Source: Auanema rhodensis
Taxonomy: Eukaryota; Animalia; Nematoda
DNA: 64,000 nt
Assembly: GCA_964057225.1 (NCBI GenBank)
Contig: OZ059894.1
Span: forward strand, 2,170,001-2,234,000
Direction of reading: 5' to 3'
Shown here: positions 40,001 through 55,100 of the stretch, in pieces
Numbering within the stretch: position 1 is the first letter of the stretch
Layout: every line of letters begins with the position of its first letter
The notes under the pieces: generated by a model
What the model saw: the letters and a program-made list of their open reading frames with translations, nothing else
What the model was told of the DNA's origin: nothing
The model's database searches: none
Made by a program: the position numbers and the translations under genes

Positions 40001-43000
40001 GACGCAGCTTGACAATCCGCATCGAATGCACTATACTACATTGAGAAACGCTTAATACAAAAATTAGTTATGATTGTTTGAAAAATGATGCATTAGTGTA
40101 TGTTGAGTTTCCATGTACGCTCAACATTGCTTCCAAAAACATTTTGACAAAAATTTTTTCGAAAAATTTCAAAATAATTTAGCAAAAAGTAGATGTTTTT
40201 AGATTCCTTTTTTCAAGGCAAAGACGATGGACAATGTTATTCAACGAAAAAATTAATTCTTCAGGGTGAAAATCGAGGATATAAGTGTGAACTTATATCA
40301 GTTGATATCTCGGTGCATTTTTAAGCTAGCGCAAATCTGATAACACAGATCGACGCAGCTTGAAAATCCGCATCGAATGCACTATACTACATTCAGAAAC
40401 GCTTAATACAAAAATTAGTTATGATTGTTTGAAAAATGATGCATTAGTGTATGTTGAGTTTCCATGTACGCTCAACATTGCTTCCAAAAACATTTTGACA
40501 AAAATTTTTTCGAAAAATTTCAAAATAATTTAGCAAAAAGTAGATGTTTTTAGATTCCTTTTTTCAAGGCAAAGACGATGGACAATGTTATTCAACGAAA
40601 AAATTAATTCTTCAGGGTGAAAATCGAGGATATAAGTGTGAACTTATATCAGTTGATATCTCGGTGCATTTTTAAGCTAGCGCAAATCTGATAACACAGA
40701 TCGACGCAGCTTGAAAATCCGCAACGAATGCACTATACTACTTTGAGAAACGCTTAATACAAAAATTAGTTATGATCGTTTGAAAAATGATGCATTAGTG
40801 TATGTTGAGTTTCCATGTACACTCAACATTGCTTCCAAAAACATTTTGACAAAAATTTTTTCGAAAAATTTCAAAATAATTTAGCAAAAAGTAGATGTTT
40901 TTAGATTCCTTTTTTCAAGGCAAAGACGATGGACAATGTTATTCAACGAAAAAATTAATTCTTCAGGGTGAAAATCGAGGATATAAGTGTGAACTTATAT
41001 CAGTTGATATCTCGGTGCATTTTTAAGCTAGCGCAAATCTGATAACACAGATCGACGCAGCTTGAAAATCCGCATCGAATGCACTATACTACATTGAGAA
41101 ACGCTTAATACAAAAATTAGTTATGATTGTTTGAAAAATGATGCATTAGTGTATGTTGAGTTTCCATGTACGCTCAACATTGCTTCCAAAAACATTTTGA
41201 CAAAAATTTTTTCGAAAAATTTCAAAATAATTTAGCAAAAAGTAGATGTTTTTAGATTCCTTTTTTCAAGGCAAAGACGATGGACAATGTTATTCAACGA
41301 AAAAATTAATTCTTCAGGGTGAAAATCGAGGATATAAGTGTGAACTTATATCAGTTGATATCTCGGTGCATTTTTAAGCTAGCGCAAATCTGATAACACA
41401 GATCGACGCAGCTTGAAAATCCGCATCGAATGCACTATACTACATTGAGAAACGCTCAATACAAAAATTAGTTATGATTGTTTGAAAAATGATGCATTAG
41501 TGTATGTTGAGTTTCCATGTACGCTCAACATTGCTTCCAAAAACATTTTGACAAAAATTTTTTCGAAAAATTTCAAAATAATTTAGCAAAAAGTAGATGT
41601 TTTTAGATTCCTTTTTTCAAGGCAAAGACGATGGACAATGTTATTCAACGAAAAAATTAATTCTTCAGGGTGAAAATCGAGGATATAAGTGTGAACTTAT
41701 ATCAGTTGATATCTCGGTGCATTTTTAAGCTAGCGCAAATCTGATAACACAGATCGACGCAGCTTGAAAATCCGCATCGAATGCACTATACTACTTTGAG
41801 AAACGCTTAATACAAAAATTAGTTATGATCGTTTGAAAAATGATGCATTAGTGTATGTTGAGTTTCCATGTACACTCAACATTGCTTCCAAAAACATTTT
41901 GACAAAAATTTTTTCGAAAAATTTCAAAATAATTTAGCAAAAAGTAGATGTTTTTAGATTCCTTTTTTCAAGGCAAAGACGATGGACAATGTTATTCAAC
42001 GAAAAAATTAATTCTTCAGGGTGAAAATCGAGGATATAAGTGTGAACTTATATCAGTTGATATCTCGGTGCATTTTTAAGCTAGCGCAAATCTAATAACA
42101 CAGATCGACGCAGCTTAAAAATCCGCATCGAATGCACTATACTACATTGAGGAACGCTTGATACAAAAATTAGTTATGATCGTTTGAAAAATAATGCATT
42201 AGTGTATGTTGAGTTTCCATGTACACTCAACATAGCTTCCAAAAACATTTTGACAAAAATTTTTTCGAAAAATTTCAAAATAATTTAGCAGAAAGTAGAT
42301 GTTTTTAGATTCCTTTTTTCAAGGCAAAGACGATGGACAATGTTATTCAACGAAAAAATTAATTCTTCAGGGTGAAAATCGAGGATATAAGTGTGAACTT
42401 ATATCAGTTGATATCTCGGTGCATTTTTAAGCTAGCGCAAATCTGATAACACAGATCGACGCAGCTTGAAAATCCGCATCGAATGCACTATACTACATTG
42501 AGAAACGCTTAATACAAAAATTAGTTATGATTGTTTGAAAAATGATGCATTAGTGTATGTTGAGTTTCCATGTACGCTCAACATTGCTTCCAAAAACATT
42601 TTGACAAAAATTTTTTCGAAAAATTTCAAAATAATTTAGCAAAAAGTAGATGTTTTTAGATTCCTTTTTTCAAGGCAAAGACGATGGACAATGTTATTCA
42701 ACGAAAAAATTAATTCTTCAGGGTGAAAATCGAGGATATAAGTGTGAACTTATATCAGTTGATATCTCGGTGCATTTTTAAGCTAGCGCAAATCTGATAA
42801 CACAGATCGACGCAGCTTGAAAATCCGCATCGAATGCACTATACTACATTGAGAAACGCTTAATACAAAAATTAGTTATGATTGTTTGAAAAATGATGCA
42901 TTAGTGTATGTTGAGTTTCCATGTACGCTCAACATTGCTTCCAAAAACATTTTGACAAAAATTTTTTCGAAAAATTTCAAAATAATTTAGCAGAAAGTAG

Positions 43001-45264
43001 ATGTTTTTAGATTCCTTTTTTCAAGGCAAAGACGATGGACAATGTTATTCAACGAAAAAATTAATTCTTCAGGGTGAAAATCGAGGATATAAGTGTGAAC
43101 TTATATCAGTTGATATCTCGGTGCATTTTTAAGCTAGCGCAAATCTGATAACACAGATCGACGCAGCTTGAAAATCCGCAACGAATGCACTATACTACTT
43201 TGAGAAACGCTTAATACAAAAATTAGTTATGATCGTTTGAAAAATGATGCATTAGTGTATGTTGAGTTTCCATGTACACTCAACATTGCTTCCAAAAACA
43301 TTTTGACAAAAATTTTTTCGAAAAATTTCAAAATAATTTAGCAAAAAGTAGATGTTTTTAGATTCCTTTTTTCAAGGCAAAGACGATGGACAATGTTATT
43401 CAACGAAAAAATTAATTCTTCAGGGTGAAAATCGAGGATATAAGTGTGAACTTATATCAGTTGATATCTCGGTGCATTTTTAAGCTAGCGCAAATCTGAT
43501 AACACAGATCGACGCAGCTTGAAAATCCGCATCGAATGCACTATACTACATTGAGAAACGCTTAATACAAAAATTAGTTATGATTGTTTGAAAAATGATG
43601 CATTAGTGTATGTTGAGTTTCCATGTACGCTCAACATTGCTTCCAAAAACATTTTGACAAAAATTTTTTCGAAAAATTTCAAAATAATTTAGCAAAAAGT
43701 AGATGTTTTTAGATTCCTTTTTTCAAGGCAAAGACGATGGACAATGTTATTCAACGAAAAAATTAATTCTTCAGGGTGAAAATCGAGGATATAAGTGTGA
43801 ACTTATATCAGTTGATATCTCGGTGCATTTTTAAGCTAGCGCAAATCTGATAACACAGATCGACGCAGCTTGAAAATCCGCATCGAATGCACTATACTAC
43901 TTTGAGAAACGCTTAATACAAAAATTAGTTATGATCGTTTGAAAAATGATGCATTAGTGTATGTTGAGTTTCCATGTACACTCAACATTGCTTCCAAAAA
44001 CATTTTGACAAAAATTTTTTCGAAAAATTTCAAAATAATTTAGCAAAAAGTAGATGTTTTTAGATTCCTTTTTTCAAGGCAAAGACGATGGACAATGTTA
44101 TTCAACGAAAAAATTAATTCTTCAGGGTGAAAATCGAGGATATAAGTGTGAACTTATATCAGTTGATATCTCGGTGCATTTTTAAGCTAGCGCAAATCTA
44201 ATAACACAGATCGACGCAGCTTAAAAATCCGCATCGAATGCACTATACTACATTGAGGAACGCTTGATACAAAAATTAGTTATGATCGTTTGAAAAATAA
44301 TGCATTAGTGTATGTTGAGTTTCCATGTACACTCAACATAGCTTCCAAAAACATTTTGACAAAAATTTTTTCGAAAAATTTCAAAATAATTTAGCAGAAA
44401 GTAGATGTTTTTAGATTCCTTTTTTCAAGGCAAAGACGATGGACAATGTTATTCAACGAAAAAATTAATTCTTCAGGGTGAAAATCGAGGATATAAGTGT
44501 GAACTTATATCAGTTGATATCTCGGTGCATTTTTAAGCTAGCGCAAATCTGATAACACAGATCGACGCAGCTTGAAAATCCGCATCGAATGCACTATACT
44601 ACTTTGAGAAGCGCTTAATACAAAAATTAGTTATGATCGTTTGAAAAATGATGCATTAGTGTATGTTGAGTTTCCATGTACGCTCAACATTGCTTCCAAA
44701 AACATTTTGACAAAAAATTTTTCGAAAAATTTCAAAATAATTTAGCAAAAAGTAGATGTTTTTAGATTCCTTTTTTCAAGGCAAAGACGATGGACAATGT
44801 TATTCAACGAAAAAATTAATTCTTCAGGGTGAAAATCGAGGATATAAGTGTGAACTTATATCAGTTGATATCTCGGTGCATTTTTAAGCTAGCGCAAATC
44901 TGATAACACAGATCGACGCAGCTTGAAAATCCGCATCGAATGCACTATACTACATTGAGAAACGCTTAATACAAAAATTAGTTATGATTGTTTGAAAAAT
45001 GATGCATTAGTGTATGTTGAGTTTCCATGTACGCTCAACATTGCTTCCAAAAACATTTTGACAAAAATTTTTTCGAAAAATTTCAAAATAATTTAGCAAA
45101 AAGTAGATGTTTTTAGATTCCTTTTTTCAAGGCAAAGACGATGGACAATGTTATTCAACGAAAAAATTAATTCTTCAGGGTGAAAATCGAGGATATAAGT
45201 GTGAACTTATATCAGTTGATATCTCGGTGCATTTTTAAGCTAGCACAAATCTGATAACACAGAT

Positions 45265-48200
45265 CGACGCAGCTTGAAAATCCGCATCGAATGCACTATA
45301 CTACTTTGAGAACCGCTTAATACAAAAATTAGTTATGATCGTTTGAAAAATGATGCATTAGTGTATGTTGAGTTTCCATGTACACTCAACATTGCTTCCA
45401 AAAACATTTTGACAAAAATTTTTTCGAGAAATTTCAAAATAATTTAGCAGAAAGTAGATGTTTTTAGATTCCTTTTTTCAAGGCAAAGACGATGGACATT
45501 GTTATTCAACGAAAAAAGTAATTCTTCAAGGTGAAAATCGAGGATATAAGTGTGAACTTATATCAGTTGATATCTCGGTGCATTTTTAAGCTAGCGCAAA
45601 TCTAATAACACAGATCGACGCAGCTTAAAAATCCGCATCGAATGCACTATACTACATTGAGGAACGCTTGATACAAAAATTAGTTATGATCGTTTGAAAA
45701 ATAATGCATTAGTGTATGTTGAGTTTCCATGTACACTCAACATAGCTTCCAAAAACATTTTGACAAAAATTTTTTCGAAAAATTTCAAAATAATTTAGCA
45801 GAAAGTAGATGTTTTTAGATTCCTTTTTTCAAGGCAAAGACGATGGACAATGTTATTCAACGAAAAAATTAATTCTTCAGGGTGAAAATCGAGGATATAA
45901 GTGTGAACTTATATCAGTTGATATCTCGGTGCATTTTTAAGCTAGCGCAAATCTGATAACACAGATCGACGCAGCTTGAAAATCCGCATCGAATGCACTA
46001 TACTACATTGAGAAACGCTTAATACAAAAATTAGTTATGATTGTTTGAAAAATGATGCATTAGTGTATGTTGAGTTTCCATGTACGCTCAACATTGCTTC
46101 CAAAAACATTTTGACAAAAATTTTTTCGAAAAATTTCAAAATAATTTAGCAAAAAGTAGATGTTTTTAGATTCCTTTTTTCAAGGCAAAGACGATGGACA
46201 ATGTTATTCAACGAAAAAATTAATTCTTCAGGGTGAAAATCGAGGATATAAGTGTGAACTTATATCAGTTGATATCTCGGTGCATTTTTAAGCTAGCGCA
46301 AATCTGATAACACAGATCGACGCAGCTTGAAAATCCGCATCGAATGCACTATACTACATTGAGAAACGCTTAATACAAAAATTAGTTATGATTGTTTGAA
46401 AAATGATGCATTAGTGTATGTTGAGTTTCCATGTACGCTCAACATTGCTTCCAAAAACATTTTGACAAAAATTTTTTCGAAAAATTTCAAAATAATTTAG
46501 CAAAAAGTAGATGTTTTTAGATTCCTTTTTTCAAGGCAAAGACGATGGACAATGTTATTCAACGAAAAAATTATTTCTTCAGGGTGAAAATCGAGGATAT
46601 AAGTGTGAACTTATATCAGTTGATATCTCGGTGCATTTTTAAGCTAGCGCAAATCTGATAACACAGATCGACGCAGCTTGAAAATCCGCATCGAATGCAC
46701 TATACTACTTTGAGAACCGCTTAATACAAAAATTAGTTATGATCGTTTGAAAAATGATGCATTAGTGTATGTTGAGTTTCCATGTACACTCAACATTGCT
46801 TCCAAAAACATTTTGACAAAAATTTTTTCGAGAAATTTCAAAATAATTTAGCAGAAAGTAGATGTTTTTAGATTCCTTTTTTCAAGGCAAAGACGATGGA
46901 CATTGTTATTCAACGAAAAAAGTAATTCTTCAGGGTGAAAATCGAGGATATAAGTGTGAACTTATATCAGTTGATATCTCGGTGCATTTTTAAGCTAGCG
47001 CAAATCTAATAACACAGATCGACGCAGCTTAAAAATCCGCATCGAATGCACTATACTACATTGAGGAACGCTTGATACAAAAATTAGTTATGATCGTTTG
47101 AAAAATAATGCATTAGTGTATGTTGAGTTTCCATGTACACTCAACATAGCTTCCAAAAACATTTTGACAAAAATTTTTTCGAAAAATTTCAAAATAATTT
47201 AGCAGAAAGTAGATGTTTTTAGATTCCTTTTTTCAAGGCAAAGACGATGGACAATGTTATTCAACGAAAAAATTAATTCTTCAGGGTGAAAATCGAGGAT
47301 ATAAGTGTGAACTTATATCAGTTGATATCTCGGTGCATTTTTAAGCTAGCGCAAATCTGATAACACAGATCGACGCAGCTTGAAAATCCGCATCGAATGC
47401 ACTATACTACATTGAGAAACGCTTAATACAAAAATTAGTTATGATTGTTTGAAAAATGATGCATTAGTGTATGTTGAGTTTCCATGTACGCTCAACATTG
47501 CTTCCAAAAACATTTTGACAAAAATTTTTTCGAAAAATTTCAAAATAATTTAGCAAAAAGTAGATGTTTTTAGATTCCTTTTTTCAAGGCAAAGACGATG
47601 GACAATGTTATTCAACGAAAAAATTAATTCTTCAGGGTGAAAATCGAGGATATAAGTGTGAACTTATATCAGTTGATATCTCGGTGCATTTTTAAGCTAG
47701 CGCAAATCTGATAACACAGATCGACGCAGCTTGAAAATCCGCATCGAATGCACTATACTACATTGAGAAACGCTTAATACAAAAATTAGTTATGATTGTT
47801 TGAAAAATGATGCATTAGTGTATGTTGAGTTTCCATGTACGCTCAACATTGCTTCCAAAAACATTTTGACAAAAATTTTTTCGAAAAATTTCAAAATAAT
47901 TTAGCAAAAAGTAGATGTTTTTAGATTCCTTTTTTCAAGGCAAAGACGATGGACAATGTTATTCAACGAAAAAATTAATTCTTCAGGGTGAAAATCGAGG
48001 ATATAAGTGTGAACTTATATCAGTTGATATCTCGGTGCATTTTTAAGCTAGCGCAAATCTGATAACACAGATCGACGCAGCTTGAAAATCCGCATCGAAT
48101 GCACTATACTACTTTGAGAACCGCTTAATACAAAAATTAGTTATGATCGTTTGAAAAATGATGCATTAGTGTATGTTGAGTTTCCATGTACACTCAACAT

Positions 48201-48423
48201 TGCTTCCAAAAACATTTTGACAAAAATTTTTTCGAGAAATTTCAAAATAATTTAGCAGAAAGTAGATGTTTTTAGATTCCTTTTTTCAAGGCAAAGACGA
48301 TGGACATTGTTATTCAACGAAAAAAGTAATTCTTCAGGGTGAAAATCGAGGATATAAGTGTGAACTTATATCAGTTGATATCTCGGTGCATTTTTAAGCT
48401 AGCGCAAATCTGATAACACAGAT
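45265..48423 (+). repeat. 4-mer higher-order repeat (1404 bp) x2.25
   Basis: A monomer with GAACCGC+CGAGAA+GCAGAA+GACATT+AAAGTAA starts at 45265, 46669 and 48073. Confidence 0.9.
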
Positions 48424-49125
48424 CGACGCAGCTTGAAAATCCGCATCGAATGCACTATACTACTTTGAGGAACGCTTAATACAAAAATTAGTTATGATCG
48501 TTTGAAAAATAATGCATTAGTGTATGTTGAGTTTCCATGTACACTCAACATAGCTTCCAAAAACATTTTGACAAAAATTTTTTCGAAAAATTTCAAAATA
48601 ATTTAGCAAAAAGTAGATGTTTTTAGATTCCTTTTTTCAAGGCAAAGACGATGGACAATGTTATTCAACGAAAAAATTAATTCTTCAGGGTGAAAATCGA
48701 GGATATAAGTGTGAACTTATATCAGTTGATATCTCGGTGCATTTTTAAGCTAGCGCAAATCTGATAACACAGATCGACGCAGCTTGAAAATCCGCATCGA
48801 ATGCACTATACTACATTGAGAAACGCTTAATACAAAAATTAGTTATGATTGTTTGAAAAATGATGCATTAGTGTATGTTGAGTTTCCATGTACGCTCAAC
48901 ATTGCTTCCAAAAACATTTTGACAAAAATTTTTTCGAAAAATTTCAAAATAATTTAGCAAAAAGTAGATGTTTTTAGATTCCTTTTTTCAAGGCAAAGAC
49001 GATGGACAATGTTATTCAACGAAAAAATTAATTCTTCAGGGTGAAAATCGAGGATATAAGTGTGAACTTATATCAGTTGATATCTCGGTGCATTTTTAAG
49101 CTAGCGCAAATCTGATAACACAGAT

Positions 49126-52100
49126 CGACGCAGCTTGAAAATCCGCATCGAATGCACTATACTACATTGAGAAACGCTTAATACAAAAATTAGTTATGAT
49201 TGTTTGAAAAATGATGCATTAGTGTATGTTGAGTTTCCATGTACGCTCAACATTGCTTCCAAAAACATTTTGACAAAAATTTTTTCGAAAAATTTCAAAA
49301 TAATTTAGCAAAAAGTAGATGTTTTTAGATTCCTTTTTTCAAGGCAAAGACGATGGACAATGTTATTCAACGAAAAAATTAATTCTTCAGGGTGAAAATC
49401 GAGGATATAAGTGTGAACTTATATCAGTTGATATCTCGGTGCATTTTTAAGCTAGCGCAAATCTGATAACACAGATCGACGCAGCTTGAAAATCCGCAAC
49501 GAATGCACTATACTACTTTGAGAAACGCTTAATACAAAAATTAGTTATGATCGTTTGAAAAATGATGCATTAGTGTATGTTGAGTTTCCATGTACACTCA
49601 ACATTGCTTCCAAAAACATTTTGACAAAAATTTTTTCGAAAAATTTCAAAATAATTTAGCAAAAAGTAGATGTTTTTAGATTCCTTTTTTCAAGGCAAAG
49701 ACGATGGACAATGTTATTCAACGAAAAAATTAATTCTTCAGGGTGAAAATCGAGGATATAAGTGTGAACTTATATCAGTTGATATCTCGGTGCATTTTTA
49801 AGCTAGCGCAAATCTGATAACACAGATCGACGCAGCTTGAAAATCCGCATCGAATGCACTATACTACATTGAGAAACGCTTAATACAAAAATTAGTTATG
49901 ATTGTTTGAAAAATGATGCATTAGTGTATGTTGAGTTTCCATGTACGCTCAACATTGCTTCCAAAAACATTTTGACAAAAATTTTTTCGAAAAATTTCAA
50001 AATAATTTAGCAAAAAGTAGATGTTTTTAGATTCCTTTTTTCAAGGCAAAGACGATGGACAATGTTATTCAACGAAAAAATTAATTCTTCAGGGTGAAAA
50101 TCGAGGATATAAGTGTGAACTTATATCAGTTGATATCTCGGTGCATTTTTAAGCTAGCGCAAATCTGATAACACAGATCGACGCAGCTTGAAAATCCGCA
50201 TCGAATGCACTATACTACATTGAGAAACGCTCAATACAAAAATTAGTTATGATTGTTTGAAAAATGATGCATTAGTGTATGTTGAGTTTCCATGTACGCT
50301 CAACATTGCTTCCAAAAACATTTTGACAAAAATTTTTTCGAAAAATTTCAAAATAATTTAGCAAAAAGTAGATGTTTTTAGATTCCTTTTTTCAAGGCAA
50401 AGACGATGGACAATGTTATTCAACGAAAAAATTAATTCTTCAGGGTGAAAATCGAGGATATAAGTGTGAACTTATATCAGTTGATATCTCGGTGCATTTT
50501 TAAGCTAGCGCAAATCTGATAACACAGATCGACGCAGCTTGAAAATCCGCATCGAATGCACTATACTACTTTGAGAAACGCTTAATACAAAAATTAGTTA
50601 TGATCGTTTGAAAAATGATGCATTAGTGTATGTTGAGTTTCCATGTACACTCAACATTGCTTCCAAAAACATTTTGACAAAAATTTTTTCGAAAAATTTC
50701 AAAATAATTTAGCAAAAAGTAGATGTTTTTAGATTCCTTTTTTCAAGGCAAAGACGATGGACAATGTTATTCAACGAAAAAATTAATTCTTCAGGGTGAA
50801 AATCGAGGATATAAGTGTGAACTTATATCAGTTGATATCTCGGTGCATTTTTAAGCTAGCGCAAATCTAATAACACAGATCGACGCAGCTTAAAAATCCG
50901 CATCGAATGCACTATACTACATTGAGGAACGCTTGATACAAAAATTAGTTATGATCGTTTGAAAAATAATGCATTAGTGTATGTTGAGTTTCCATGTACA
51001 CTCAACATAGCTTCCAAAAACATTTTGACAAAAATTTTTTCGAAAAATTTCAAAATAATTTAGCAGAAAGTAGATGTTTTTAGATTCCTTTTTTCAAGGC
51101 AAAGACGATGGACAATGTTATTCAACGAAAAAATTAATTCTTCAGGGTGAAAATCGAGGATATAAGTGTGAACTTATATCAGTTGATATCTCGGTGCATT
51201 TTTAAGCTAGCGCAAATCTGATAACACAGATCGACGCAGCTTGAAAATCCGCATCGAATGCACTATACTACATTGAGAAACGCTTAATACAAAAATTAGT
51301 TATGATCGTTTGAAAAATGATGCATTAGTGTATGTTGAGTTTCCATGTACACTCAACATTGCTTCCAAAAACATTTTGACAAAAATTTTTTCGAAAAATT
51401 TCAAAATAATTTAGTAAAAAGTAGATGTTTTTAGATTCCTTTTTTCAAGGCAAAGACGATGGACAATGTTATTCAACGAAAAAATTAATTCTTCAGGGTG
51501 AAAATCGAGGATATAAGTGTGAACTTATATCAGTTGATATCTCGGTGCATTTTTAAGCTAGCGCAAATCTAATAACACAGATCGACGCAGCTTAAAAATC
51601 CGCATCGAATGCACTATACTACATTGAGGAACGCTTAATACAAAAATTAGTTATGATCGTTTGAAAAATAATGCATTAGTGTATGTTGAGTTTCCATGTA
51701 CACTCAACATAGCTTCCAAAAACATTTTGACAAAAATTTTTTCGAAAAATTTCAGAATAATTTAGCAAAAAGTAGATGTTTTTAGATTTCTTTTCTCAAG
51801 GCAAAGACGATGGACAATGTTATTCAACGAAAAAATTAATTCTTCAGGGTGAAAATCGAGGATATAAGTGTGAACTTATATCAGTTGATATCTCGGTGCA
51901 TTTTTAAGCTAGCGCAAATCTAATAACACAGATCGACGCAGCTTAAAAATCCGCATCGAATGCACTATACTACATTGAGGAACGCTTAATACAAAAATTA
52001 GTTATGATCGTTTGAAAAATAATGCATTAGTGTATGTTGAGTTTCCATGTACACTCAACATAGCTTCCAAAAACATTTTGACAAAAATTTTTTCGAAAAA

Positions 52101-55100
52101 TTTCAGAATAATTTAGCAAAAAGTAGATGTTTTTAGATTTCTTTTCTCAAGGCAAAGACGATGGACAATGTTATTCAACGAAAAAATTAATTCTTCAGGG
52201 TGAAAATCGAGGATATAAGTGTGAACTTATATCAGTTGATATCTCGGTGCATTTTTAAGCTAGCGCAAATCTGATAACACAGATCGACGCAGCTTGAAAA
52301 TCCGCATCGAATGCACTATACTACATTGAGAAACGCTCAATACAAAAATTAGTTATGATTGTTTGAAAAATGATGCATTAGTGTATGTTGAGTTTCCATG
52401 TACGCTCAACATTGCTTCCAAAAACATTTTGACAAAAATTTTTTCGAAAAATTTCAAAATAATTTAGCAAAAAGTAGATGTTTTTAGATTCCTTTTTTCA
52501 AGGCAAAGACGATGGACAATGTTATTCAACGAAAAAATTAATTCTTCAGGGTGAAAATCGAGGATATAAGTGTGAACTTATATCAGTTGATATCTCGGTG
52601 CATTTTTAAGCTAGCGCAAATCTGATAACACAGATCGACGCAGCTTGAAAATCCGCATCGAATGCACTATACTACATTGAGAAACGCTCAATACAAAAAT
52701 TAGTTATGATTGTTTGAAAAATGATGCATTAGTGTATGTTGAGTTTCCATGTACGCTCAACATTGCTTCCAAAAACATTTTGACAAAAATTTTTTCGAAA
52801 AATTTCAAAATAATTTAGCAAAAAGTAGATGTTTTTAGATTCCTTTTTTCAAGGCAAAGACGATGGACAATGTTATTCAACGAAAAAATTAATTCTTCAG
52901 GGTGAAAATCGAGGATATAAGTGTGAACTTATATCAGTTGATATCTCGGTGCATTTTTAAGCTAGCGCAAATCTGATAACACAGATCGACGCAGCTTGAA
53001 AATCCGCATCGAATGCACTATACTACATTGAGAAACGCTTAATACAAAAATTAGTTATGATTGTTTGAAAAATGATGCATTAGTGTATGTTGAGTTTCCA
53101 TGTACGCTCAACATTGCTTCCAAAAACATTTTGACAAAAATTTTTTCGAAAAATTTCAAAATAATTTAGCAAAAAGTAGATGTTTTTAGATTCCTTTTTT
53201 CAAGGCAAAGACGATGGACAATGTTATTCAACGAAAAAATTAATTCTTCAGGGTGAAAATCGAGGATATAAGTGTGAACTTATATCAGTTGATATCTCGG
53301 TGCATTTTTAAGCTAGCGCAAATCTGATAACACAGATCGACGCAGCTTGAAAATCCGCAACGAATGCACTATACTACTTTGAGAAACGCTTAATACAAAA
53401 ATTAGTTATGATCGTTTGAAAAATGATGCATTAGTGTATGTTGAGTTTCCATGTACACTCAACATTGCTTCCAAAAACATTTTGACAAAAATTTTTTCGA
53501 AAAATTTCAAAATAATTTAGCAAAAAGTAGATGTTTTTAGATTCCTTTTTTCAAGGCAAAGACGATGGACAATGTTATTCAACGAAAAAATTAATTCTTC
53601 AGGGTGAAAATCGAGGATATAAGTGTGAACTTATATCAGTTGATATCTCGGTGCATTTTTAAGCTAGCGCAAATCTGATAACACAGATCGACGCAGCTTG
53701 AAAATCCGCATCGAATGCACTATACTACATTGAGAAACGCTTAATACAAAAATTAGTTATGATTGTTTGAAAAATGATGCATTAGTGTATGTTGAGTTTC
53801 CATGTACGCTCAACATTGCTTCCAAAAACATTTTGACAAAAATTTTTTCGAAAAATTTCAAAATAATTTAGCAAAAAGTAGATGTTTTTAGATTCCTTTT
53901 TTCAAGGCAAAGACGATGGACAATGTTATTCAACGAAAAAATTAATTCTTCAGGGTGAAAATCGAGGATATAAGTGTGAACTTATATCAGTTGATATCTC
54001 GGTGCATTTTTAAGCTAGCGCAAATCTGATAACACAGATCGACGCAGCTTGAAAATCCGCATCGAATGCACTATACTACATTGAGAAACGCTCAATACAA
54101 AAATTAGTTATGATTGTTTGAAAAATGATGCATTAGTGTATGTTGAGTTTCCATGTACGCTCAACATTGCTTCCAAAAACATTTTGACAAAAATTTTTTC
54201 GAAAAATTTCAAAATAATTTAGCAAAAAGTAGATGTTTTTAGATTCCTTTTTTCAAGGCAAAGACGATGGACAATGTTATTCAACGAAAAAATTAATTCT
54301 TCAGGGTGAAAATCGAGGATATAAGTGTGAACTTATATCAGTTGATATCTCGGTGCATTTTTAAGCTAGCGCAAATCTGATAACACAGATCGACGCAGCT
54401 TGAAAATCCGCATCGAATGCACTATACTACTTTGAGAAACGCTTAATACAAAAATTAGTTATGATCGTTTGAAAAATGATGCATTAGTGTATGTTGAGTT
54501 TCCATGTACACTCAACATTGCTTCCAAAAACATTTTGACAAAAATTTTTTCGAAAAATTTCAAAATAATTTAGCAAAAAGTAGATGTTTTTAGATTCCTT
54601 TTTTCAAGGCAAAGACGATGGACAATGTTATTCAACGAAAAAATTAATTCTTCAGGGTGAAAATCGAGGATATAAGTGTGAACTTATATCAGTTGATATC
54701 TCGGTGCATTTTTAAGCTAGCGCAAATCTAATAACACAGATCGACGCAGCTTAAAAATCCGCATCGAATGCACTATACTACATTGAGGAACGCTTGATAC
54801 AAAAATTAGTTATGATCGTTTGAAAAATAATGCATTAGTGTATGTTGAGTTTCCATGTACACTCAACATAGCTTCCAAAAACATTTTGACAAAAATTTTT
54901 TCGAAAAATTTCAAAATAATTTAGCAGAAAGTAGATGTTTTTAGATTCCTTTTTTCAAGGCAAAGACGATGGACAATGTTATTCAACGAAAAAATTAATT
55001 CTTCAGGGTGAAAATCGAGGATATAAGTGTGAACTTATATCAGTTGATATCTCGGTGCATTTTTAAGCTAGCGCAAATCTGATAACACAGATCGACGCAG

